Origin: Candidatus Sumerlaeaceae bacterium
Lineage (GTDB): Bacteria; Sumerlaeota; Sumerlaeia; Sumerlaeales; Sumerlaeaceae
Assembly (NCBI GenBank): GCA_051003195.1
Contig: JBPCLP010000041.1
Coordinates: 12,494-76,493, forward strand
DNA length: 64,000 nucleotides
Direction of reading: 5' to 3'
The translations under genes and the position numbers were made by a program. The notes below the pieces were generated by a model. It was not told the DNA's origin. It worked only from the letters and a program-made list of their open reading frames with translations, and searched no databases. Below, piece after piece: positions 41,886-51,253 of the stretch; position 1 is the stretch's first letter; every line of letters starts with the position of its first letter.

Positions 41886-42323
41886 ATGATGAAACCTATA
41901 CTGGTTCTGAATGGCGCCAACCTTAATATGCTCGGCAAGCGCGAGCCGGACGTTTACGGCACGGCGTCACTTCAGGATATCGAAAAAACTTTGATCGAAC
42001 GCGCTCGGAAACTTGGCGCTGAACTGGAATTCTTCCAGAGTAATATCGAAGGCGAGTTAATCAACCGCATGCACAAGGCTATGGGTAACGTGCACGCCAT
42101 TATCCTGAATCCGGGCGCATACACACACACCAGCGTCGCCCTGCGCGATGCCGTTTCGGCCATTGCTCCAACACGCGTCATCGAGGTTCACCTCTCCAAC
42201 GTGTATGCGCGCCCGGATGTTTTTCGCCACACCAGCCTCACTGCCCCCGTTTGTGTCGGCCAGATCAGCGGCTTTGGTGCATTTTCGTACGTGCTGGCTC
42301 TGGAAGCTGCCATGCAACTCTAG
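41886..42323 (+). CDS. aroQ: Type II 3-dehydroquinate dehydratase
   Basis: LNGANLNMLGKREPDVYG, NPGAYTHTS, EVHLSN. Confidence 0.95.
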   Translation: MMKPILVLNGANLNMLGKREPDVYGTASLQDIEKTLIERARKLGAELEFFQSNIEGELINRMHKAMGNVHAIILNPGAYTHTSVALRDAVSAIAPTRVIEVHLSNVYARPDVFRHTSLTAPVCVGQISGFGAFSYVLALEAAMQL

Positions 42324-42419
42324 TGTGCCGAATCCGGTGTTCCTTACCAGACCAGAGGGCAGACTTTATCTCGATTCGGCACACAGAACAGATTACAAAC
42401 CGACGGTAGACCACTCTAG
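42320..42419 (-). mobile_element. MITE-like repeat copy 6 (100 bp, CTAG-flanked, inverted)
   Basis: CTAGTGTGCCGAATC...GATTCGGCACAC...GGTAGACCACTCTAG; first CTAG contains the aroQ stop. Confidence 0.75.
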
Positions 42420-42700
42420 CCTTACGAATGAAAGAGGCACGGCCACTGATCGCGAAGTGGTGCGGATCTTGCTGCCTATCCAAATCAGGTATTGACGAGT
42501 AATCACTCTTGTCACACTATTGCTGAGTAACTTTCACTTTTGCCGGGCCGGCATTATTACAAAATGCCTGCCTGGGAAAAGTGAGAACTGGAGTCGAAAT
42601 GGTTCTCATTTGCCGAGAAGTAACTAGTCGGGTGCCGCGTGCGCGCGATCTTTCACGTCCTTGTGCAGTTTGTGCAAACTGCATGGCCGGGCGTCGTTAA

Positions 42701-43672
42701 ATGTTTCTAAATTTGAGCGAAACACGCATTATAGCAAATGATCCGCAATGGGACGGCGCTGATCTTTGGGTATGTGACGTTCGCCAGGGTGACGCATATC
42801 CTGTTGGCATCTCGACCGCTGATCGTATTACGGTGGTCCCTGGCCGTGACAACCTATTTGCGGTCGTGCATCATTACTACGGAGAGCAGGTCGTCATATC
42901 GGCACATTCCATGGATGAGCCGACGTACGTTCTCTCGCATATCAACATTCGTGGGACAAGCTACCGGTTTACCGGTAACGAAGAAGTGTGGCGAAAATTG
43001 CCACGAGCTTTCGTCGCATATTATACTGCAGACCGCCTGTCCGATGCGGATCACCATCTAATCCTGGTGAACAGCGTCGATCGCACCGTCATGATCCGGA
43101 AATTTCCTTCGTTCTACGAAGGTGGGATGGAATTGAAGGACCGTGTTTCTGGCATGATCGAAGTGCCTCGTCAAAGCGCTGTGCTAATTGAAGAGGGCCG
43201 CGACGAGCGTCCTCTCCTCCTTTTCAATACTCGAAAGCACAAAGTGAACCAGCGGCTGAACCTGAAGATGAAGCCGGATACGAATCGCTGCTATCGTTTC
43301 CGGGAGCATGCCCAGGAATTGTGGGTTAGCGACCCCGATCGTCTCGTAAAGCTTACACCAAATCTGCTCGGCGACTGGTCAATCAAGGCGAACGTACGGC
43401 TACAGTTGATGGATACCACCGGTGGGCGTTTTACCGGCGAGTTCACTTTCAATGCAGACGAGTCGCTGTGCATCGCGGCGCGGCCCTATATTGGGGATGC
43501 GCTGCTGATCGATACGCACAAGTTCGAGATCATGAACAAGGTTTACCTGGAAGCCAGGGTGAAGAGTATTCTTTTACTTAATGATGGCCGCGTCGTAGCA
43601 CGCGATTGGTTCACAGGCAAGCTGGTACAGTCCCACGTGCATGCGCATCATATAATGGCGGCTGTCGGGTAG
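42701..43672 (+). CDS. Hypothetical protein, beta-strand-rich (possible beta-propeller)
   Basis: 323-aa ORF with ATG and protein-like composition; no recognised motif. Confidence 0.6.
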   Translation: MFLNLSETRIIANDPQWDGADLWVCDVRQGDAYPVGISTADRITVVPGRDNLFAVVHHYYGEQVVISAHSMDEPTYVLSHINIRGTSYRFTGNEEVWRKLPRAFVAYYTADRLSDADHHLILVNSVDRTVMIRKFPSFYEGGMELKDRVSGMIEVPRQSAVLIEEGRDERPLLLFNTRKHKVNQRLNLKMKPDTNRCYRFREHAQELWVSDPDRLVKLTPNLLGDWSIKANVRLQLMDTTGGRFTGEFTFNADESLCIAARPYIGDALLIDTHKFEIMNKVYLEARVKSILLLNDGRVVARDWFTGKLVQSHVHAHHIMAAVG

Positions 43673-43676
43673 CTTA

Positions 43677-44441
43677 TCAGCGTGCAGAAGGCGGGGCGTA
43701 AGGCCTTCGACCGGCAGGCCAGATCGGCGCTTCAGGCTCCATGGCTGATTCCTGCCGGGCGGTCAGTGTGCTTGTGCTCAGATCCACGTTTTTAAACGAG
43801 ACGCTGGCGGCATTGGTGAAGAATGCGCCGGCGACCTTATCGCGACGCCGGTGCAATGGCGGATCCACTTTCACCGCGAGCGTTCCTGTCGTACCGTCTG
43901 CCGCACTCAGGTTCGTCCCATAATGTCGAAATTGAGGATCCCAGGTCTCGGTAAGTGTGAGCGAAGTATCTTTTCCGCGGCTGTCTGTAAGAGTTGCTGA
44001 GACTTTGCATCCCCCAAGAAGCCACCGGTTACCTGCGTCCTGAACGATGACCGCCAGGTAGTGTGTGTCTGTAGCCGACGGCTTACGCCATGAAAGCATG
44101 CTGCCATCAAAGTCGTAATACCCTGTTGGTGCAGTCAGCGCATACCCAATCCGCAAATCTGCGTCCGCAGCAATTTCGAAGTACCTGGATGCCTGTTCAG
44201 CCTCTTCCATCTCATCGGTAGGCTTCATCCGTGTTGCGCGCGTCGAACTTGTGGCGGCGGCACTCGTACTCGTTTGATCGGTGCGTGACCGCGCGCTCAC
44301 CGCTACGGTGGTGGAGAGAGTTGCAGTTGGCGTTGCATGGCTGGACCGGCGCGCGCGCGGCGACTCAGTTTGTGCAGACACCTGGAACCACATCAGCGAA
44401 AGCGCCGTTGCGGCTATGCACCTCACGAAAATCGCCTTCAT
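43677..44441 (-). CDS. Secreted protein resembling the p19/Tp34 (Fe2+ transport) family, divergent
   Basis: Signal peptide; IGYAL...W..P...H...VSATL...W.P...HYG.N...PP..R.DK..G pattern. Confidence 0.6.
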   Translation of the reverse strand: MKAIFVRCIAATALSLMWFQVSAQTESPRARRSSHATPTATLSTTVAVSARSRTDQTSTSAAATSSTRATRMKPTDEMEEAEQASRYFEIAADADLRIGYALTAPTGYYDFDGSMLSWRKPSATDTHYLAVIVQDAGNRWLLGGCKVSATLTDSRGKDTSLTLTETWDPQFRHYGTNLSAADGTTGTLAVKVDPPLHRRRDKVAGAFFTNAASVSFKNVDLSTSTLTARQESAMEPEAPIWPAGRRPYAPPSAR

Positions 44442-44445
44442 TGGG

Positions 44446-45774
<1,329 letters not shown>

Positions 45775-45835
45775 TCAGAGCTGAAGGTGAATGCCGCACG
45801 TGGCGATGCAAGGGCAAATGAAAGCGCGGAAGCAC

Positions 45836-47449
45836 TCAGCCTTGCGGGGCCAGCATTATCAGCCAATTCCCAGCGGAGAATTGCACGTAATTTCGGCGGA
45901 TGGCCTCTCGTACCCGGGTGTCAAAGATGGCAATGTCATGATAGACCGGCGGGCGAACAAACGAAGGATTCACCACGATCAGCCTGAAAGTTTTCGTTTC
46001 GATCCTTTTCACAAGCTGATCGAGAGATACCATCCCAAGCTCAGCAAGCCGCAAAACTTGAAGTGGCTCGACGTAGGGATGATAAGCACCCGTGCGCAAT
46101 GCGGTCAAGGGATCCAAACAGAGTACCGCATCCGAACCAAATTTTCGCACGGCATTGCGCGCTGCCGCAATTTCAGCCTTCCAAGGCGCCGGCAGCTCGT
46201 TCGTCTGAAGAACTGCGTCGCGGGCGTTATGTGCAAGCGACCCGGCAAGCATCAGGCCCATAACCATTACAGCGATCCAGTACCGCCGCTTGATAGCTGC
46301 AGGTCCATCGCCGGGAAGTAAAACGTCCGCCTTCCATGTGCGGCTTAGACCGTGAGCCGTTTTTGCCAAAGCGAATCCGAACAGCGCAATGGAGCCAAGC
46401 AGGTAATCTACATTGCTGCCCTGCTTCATCATGAAAAGGCACTCCAGAAAAGCCGTGGCGAGCACTGCTCGGAAAACTACAATACTGCGCGACAGCAACA
46501 GCGAAATCATCCCAAATACAATCAGCAACGGAGAGAGAGTCGGATGAAAGGTTAGGCTGCTGAACAAGTACTCCAGCCTGAATCGGAACGCCGCGGACGA
46601 CTTTACGGCGTTCAGGTACCATAATCCCTGCGTGGCTGCGTTGAGTGCAAAGCTCGTACTTAAAATAAACACCGCCGAAAGGACCAGGGGCACCATCGCA
46701 CGTCGCAATCGCGTTCGTTGGTTTGCAGAGACATGGCCAGTCCTGCCCGCAGACGCTTCAAACAGAAACGCAACAACCCCCGGAATCATCGTCGGCTTGA
46801 AATGAAATGCAGCGGTCCAGAGCAGGGCTTGTGCTGTCGCGTATACAATCGGATTGCCGCGCGACCGGGTCTCATTGCGCGCCAACAGAACAGTTCGCCC
46901 GACACACCACCCTGCCAGGCTAAGTGCCACTGCAGGGAAATCGGGTGCAAACTGCGCCGCCCAGCGAAGCGGATAGGCTGCCCACAGCAATGGAAGCGCG
47001 GCTATCACCGCATATCGAGCAGGCAAATCCTCCTGCCGAAGTAAGCGCCAGTACAGAATCAGAATGATTACAAGCGACAGCAACGACACGAGACGTCCCA
47101 GGAACAGAACATTCATGGCGTCCCGCCAGCCCACGCTGCGCGCAACAATGCCCGGGAGCCAGTACTCCAGCACGCCGTAGGGGAGTGGGATGATTGGATA
47201 TCCAATTCGGAAATCGGTAAGCATCGCTGTTCCAGCTGCTACGCGCATTCCCGCGGCGATAGCCTGCGGTTCCGAAATAGAGAGCACTTGTGGCAGCAAT
47301 ATCGCGCGGTGCAGCGAAAGCAGCGCACATCCCACGTACCACCCCGACAGCGCGACGATCGCAAGCATACATGCCGCTAAGCCCGTCCGCACGATTCGCG
47401 GCACCGTGACACTATCGTTCACTTCGGAATGTGTAACAGGAGAATCCAC
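45836..47449 (-). CDS. Polytopic membrane protein, possible GT-C/ArnT-like transferase
   Basis: Many TM helices, GRLVSLLS, PDFPA, FKPT; C-terminal soluble domain. Confidence 0.55.
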   Translation of the reverse strand: MDSPVTHSEVNDSVTVPRIVRTGLAACMLAIVALSGWYVGCALLSLHRAILLPQVLSISEPQAIAAGMRVAAGTAMLTDFRIGYPIIPLPYGVLEYWLPGIVARSVGWRDAMNVLFLGRLVSLLSLVIILILYWRLLRQEDLPARYAVIAALPLLWAAYPLRWAAQFAPDFPAVALSLAGWCVGRTVLLARNETRSRGNPIVYATAQALLWTAAFHFKPTMIPGVVAFLFEASAGRTGHVSANQRTRLRRAMVPLVLSAVFILSTSFALNAATQGLWYLNAVKSSAAFRFRLEYLFSSLTFHPTLSPLLIVFGMISLLLSRSIVVFRAVLATAFLECLFMMKQGSNVDYLLGSIALFGFALAKTAHGLSRTWKADVLLPGDGPAAIKRRYWIAVMVMGLMLAGSLAHNARDAVLQTNELPAPWKAEIAAARNAVRKFGSDAVLCLDPLTALRTGAYHPYVEPLQVLRLAELGMVSLDQLVKRIETKTFRLIVVNPSFVRPPVYHDIAIFDTRVREAIRRNYVQFSAGNWLIMLAPQG

Positions 47450-47516
47450 ATTACTAAATTTGCGGCGGTTTTATTGCATTGCAAGCGGTGCCGCTGATCA
47501 GCGAACCAATACACGC

Positions 47517-47711
47517 TTAAAACAGTATCGGAGCTGATGGCAGCGGGGACGCCAACTCGCGTGCATATGCCAGGAACGACTCAGTGACATCGAAGTTTTC
47601 GGCGTCGATGAATTCCCGCGGCAGGCTGCGCACACGTCCAATCACATCTCCCAGGGGAATCAGATCAGTGGAAGGAGCTCCGCCATCCAGACGCGTCCCG
47701 CGAGTTGCAAC
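47517..47711 (-). pseudogene. 3' remnant of a (PPi-type) phosphofructokinase gene
   Basis: Manual translation ...STDLIPLGDVIGRVRSLPREFIDAENFDVTESFLAYARELASPLPSAPILF*, resembling PFK C-termini; in-frame stop upstream, no N-terminal part. Confidence 0.55.
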
Positions 47712-47730
47712 AGTTTCTGCGGTTGGAGGC

Positions 47731-47831
47731 TTTTCAAGTTTTCAAGTTTTTTTCAAGTTTGGAGCGTAGAAGCTTGAAAGGCTTGCAGATAAATCAAGTT
47801 GGCGAAAATGGGTAATTTCGCCACTTGAAAA
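47731..47831. repeat. TTCAAG/CTTGAA repeat cluster with hairpin
   Basis: Three tandem TTTCAAGTT, inverted CTTGAAA copies, TCAAGTTGGCGAAA...TTTCGCCACTTGA stem. Confidence 0.6.
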
Positions 47832-48256
47832 ACGGTAATCCTCGCGTAAGAATTCGCGGGGGCCGTGGATTTCCGGCTTCCTTGCGCGATGGGCGGCCTT
47901 TTTCCGCCAGACGCATGGACGCAAAATGCCACGCGGATTGGGCGGAGAAGTCCCTTTGCGGTCGATCGCGGCGTTCGGGCTGCATAGAATTATCAATGAA
48001 CACGTTCAGCTTTACTACGCGGGCAGGTATACACCAGTTGGGGGTGCGCGCCTATTCCCTGGCGTCACCTTAGGGTGGGCTAAGTCCAATAAAGTCGAAA
48101 AAGATTTTTGGGTGAATGTGCGCTGGTGGGTGCCGGCAACTGCGGAGGAGGGCCGTTGCTCGACGTGCGATGCTGATGAGAGCTTCCGTGAGAAAGATTG
48201 ATCGTCGAGCGTCGCAGAAGGGACGGTCGCCCGCGTCGGCGTCCCCGTAACTTCCG

Positions 48257-48697
48257 TTATTCACTGATGTTCCCTTGCATGTGAAGCAAGCTGTTGCGCT
48301 CGAGCTGATCTGCCTCTTTTCTTGCCGTGCTCCACCGATATGTGTTTTGTCCGTCTTCCACTGCCTTGCTTAAGCGAGCCATCGCAACCATGTATGCAAT
48401 TTGCTGCGGCCACACATGGCCGGATACCTCCGGTATTCTGTCACTGATAAATGCAACGCCCGCATAGAAACCAATGCCGGGAGGCTGTGCGGTTGCATAG
48501 ACTGCACTGAGGTGATTTCGAATTAGCTCTCGCGCCGTCGGGTCAATTTGCTCCAGTGATAATAGCCCTCTGCTGATCTCAGCTGCGTAATGCGCCGGAC
48601 CAACAACTTTGAGTTCGCCCAGTTGTTGCACGCCATACTTTCGATGACATTCAATCGAGCACGCCCGCACAATAACTTGAGCCCAACGACGGAGCAT
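48257..48697 (-). CDS. Hypothetical protein
   Basis: 146-aa ORF with ATG after an AT-rich leader; no motif recognised. Confidence 0.45.
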   Translation of the reverse strand: MLRRWAQVIVRACSIECHRKYGVQQLGELKVVGPAHYAAEISRGLLSLEQIDPTARELIRNHLSAVYATAQPPGIGFYAGVAFISDRIPEVSGHVWPQQIAYMVAMARLSKAVEDGQNTYRWSTARKEADQLERNSLLHMQGNISE

Positions 48698-48896
48698 AAC
48701 AAAACCTTTAATATATGGATGTGTAGCTACAAGTTCCCCGGCTCACTCGAATAATATACAAGCTTCACCCAGGAAACCATGGTGGAAGTAAATTCCTCAA
48801 CCGTTCCCACCCCACGATTTTCATCGTGACATGCACCAGCGCGCAGGCGGGGCTGTGAGCCCGGCTCGTTGACTAAAAACAGGAGATCGAAATTCC

Positions 48897-49139
48897 ATGC
48901 AGAAACCAAAACCCCGTACACGTCGCGACATCGAAAAGGCGTACCCGCGCGCCAGGTTCATTGAAAAACTCCGCCGCCTGGCTGATGCGCTGGAGACCGG
49001 AGCAACCTTTCGCATCCAGGTCGCAGGTGAGCGAATTACCATTCCCTCCAACGCCGTGATAAACATAGAGCACGAGCGCACCGGAGACGAAGAAGAGCTC
49101 GAGTTCCAGCTTAAGTGGAGCGCCTCGTCTGAAACATAA
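48897..49139 (+). CDS. Amphi-Trp domain-containing protein
   Basis: KLRRLADALE...EHE...EELEFQLKW; AGGAG RBS. Confidence 0.85.
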   Translation: MQKPKPRTRRDIEKAYPRARFIEKLRRLADALETGATFRIQVAGERITIPSNAVINIEHERTGDEEELEFQLKWSASSET

Positions 49140-49186
49140 AGAATTCCCATCCGGCACGCCATCCATTGAGTCGCGGATCATCGCCG

Positions 49187-49729
49187 CTATTTTCGCTCCA
49201 GCACTGCGTGGGCGCCGAGATGCTGTTTAAGCCCTTTTTCAGAATCGAGCCAGTCCGCCGCCGTGCTATCACCCCTGACGTATGCATCAAAAAACGCAGT
49301 GGCACCCGCGTTGATCAGCTCGTGAAACTTTGTGTCGCTGGATTCGCGCGCCGCGTTGACCCTGCGGCCGCTAAAGATCATGTGATCCCCACCTTCAAAG
49401 GTGACGAGGTATTGGTGGCGCGCAGAGGTGTGATCATAGGGCAAACGCCGCTGCTCAGCGGCGGTGTCACCTATGGGACTGTCGTCCAACGTACCTGTCA
49501 TGTGCATCACGGGTACCTTAACCTTGCTGTAAATCTCATCAAGCTGGTGATGACGTCTGGGTACCTCGCGATTGTGTCGGCTGGCATCGCTCCATGTCTT
49601 ATCCAGCACTTCCACGAGCGCCGGGGAGCGGCTGAGCCACGGCGCGGTGGCCGCTCGGTATTTGTCGGGAGTAGCTGTATTCCCTGATAGCGACATTGCC
49701 AACAGGTATGCGCTCAATCGGGATGTCAT
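49187..49729 (-). pseudogene. Alpha/beta hydrolase (dienelactone-hydrolase-like) with in-frame internal deletion
   Basis: N-terminal ...WSDASRHNREVP joined directly to C-terminal ...PVMHMTGTLDDSPIG...GGDHMIFSG; no GxSxG; GGAGG RBS before ATG 49729. Confidence 0.6.
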
Positions 49730-49742
49730 CGCTTCGCCCTCC

Positions 49743-49932
49743 CAGGTGTGGTGTCCCCTTAATTCGTTCGCCGGTTTTGTGAGCCGTTCCAGAGATTCGC
49801 TATATATTTTCGGTTTCCGGCGCCCCTTCAGGGCGCGAAAAATGAGGTGCTGTAACCCAGGGCTGCGTCGGCCACAAAAAGCCGTGGCCTCCTTACCCTG
49901 GGCTGAGATCCGCTGCACCTTCGGTGCAAAAA
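49743..49932 (+). mobile_element. Composite MITE/REP-like element related to 9430-9630 and copy 5
   Basis: TGTGGTGTCCCCTTAATTCGTT left end followed by ~140 bp core nearly identical to 9445-9585; right end unclear. Confidence 0.65.
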
Positions 49933-50143
49933 ACCTGAGGGCTGCGGATTCCGCCAGGTTGAGTGAAATCGGGCGAGTGGCCAATCCATTCGTTTAAATG
50001 CATAAACTCCGGCACTGGCAGTTATAACGAACTGCTCCCACGACTCATTCGCTTACCCAACTTCCTGCTGCTCTTGCTGATTTGATTGCATCAACGGTGA
50101 GAACGAAGTCGACTCAATTCGCGGATTTAAGGGTTGGTGGCGA

Positions 50144-50587
50144 GTGCGCTTATCTCGAGAGTCCAGACGTGGTTTAACGCTGGTTGAAGTTGTGTTCTCC
50201 ATGGTGATTCTGCTGATAACAGGATTGGCCACGATCAGTGGAATCATCTTTACGCGACAATCGATGGAACTGGATAAGCAGCGGCTGACGGCGCTGAACT
50301 ATTGCAGGCAGGCGATGGAAGCCGCGACAACTTTGGCGGACGTGGAGCCGGGCGTGAAGCCGCTTGTTCCTTTCAATGAACCCGGGCTGGTGATACCGGC
50401 CAATGTGTCGGTGGAGTATTTTGCGATTCACGATGACGGGAAAGTGTCGTGGGGAAGTCCCCTGGCAGCGCGTCCGCCAGATCAGCCTGTATTTTGTCGC
50501 GTGACAGTCGAGTGGTCTTCGATGGGCTCGGCGTCGCGGCCGCACCAGATTACGATGTGCAGTATCATACGGGCCGGCACAACTTGA
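50144..50587 (+). CDS. Type IV minor pilin/pseudopilin (PilV-like)
   Basis: Class III signal RRG|LTLVEVVFSMVILL. Confidence 0.85.
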   Translation: MRLSRESRRGLTLVEVVFSMVILLITGLATISGIIFTRQSMELDKQRLTALNYCRQAMEAATTLADVEPGVKPLVPFNEPGLVIPANVSVEYFAIHDDGKVSWGSPLAARPPDQPVFCRVTVEWSSMGSASRPHQITMCSIIRAGTT

Positions 50588-51252
50588 TGGGCACGGTTGG
50601 CATGATGCGGACTGCCTGGCGTTTGCGCGGGGCGACGCTAGTGGAAATGATGGTCGCCATGGGTATACTGACGTTCGTTTTTGCGTTTTCCGGTTTCATG
50701 CTGATGATGATGAGCCGCAATGCTTATAACATCAATCGCCAGATTCGGGGACAGATAGCCTCGGCGAGTGCGGCGGAGCGGGCGACCAACCTGCTGCGTT
50801 CGGCGGCTTATTTTGCGCTCTGGCCGGCTGACCAGATCCTGGAAAATGCGACGGTGACGCGTGTGAGATTCGCAATGCCGGGCGCAGGGAGCGCCGTGAC
50901 CACGCACGTGCTTTGTTATAACCCGGTGAAGAAGCAGATGGAGTATTACGACAGTGAGAGCAAGGTGACTTTTCCAACATCGGACTCTGAGGGGCGGCCA
51001 ATCCCCAGCGGGGCTCCAACGATGAAGTACATGAACATTTCGAATATGATGTTTAACTGGGAAACCGAGTATCGCGTTACGCTGCATATCTGGTATGAAT
51101 ATGCCGGTTACGCCCTAAAGCCTCCGGGTGTGGAGCGAAAGCAGTTTGGGCGCTTTGTGACGGACATTATCGCGCGCCGCCATTTCATGGACCAGGGGAT
51201 TCAAAACTATGCGATCTCCGATATAGCAACTTCTTCGCCGGCGACGCTTTGA
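50587..51252 (+). CDS. Type IV minor pilin/pseudopilin (PilW-like)
   Basis: RG|ATLVEMMVAMGIL; TGATG coupling to the upstream pilin. Confidence 0.85.
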   Translation: MGTVGMMRTAWRLRGATLVEMMVAMGILTFVFAFSGFMLMMMSRNAYNINRQIRGQIASASAAERATNLLRSAAYFALWPADQILENATVTRVRFAMPGAGSAVTTHVLCYNPVKKQMEYYDSESKVTFPTSDSEGRPIPSGAPTMKYMNISNMMFNWETEYRVTLHIWYEYAGYALKPPGVERKQFGRFVTDIIARRHFMDQGIQNYAISDIATSSPATL

Positions 51253-51253
51253 T

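Noticed and set aside
47464..47479. Sigma54-like GG-N10-GC motif (CGGCGGTTTTATTGCA)
   Set aside because: Weak match that points toward no intact plus-strand gene
49730..49984. N-terminal extension of the 265-aa ORF, and ORFs 9372-9647 and 9407-9625
   Set aside because: These are translations of the repeat element; the same peptide appears at both copies
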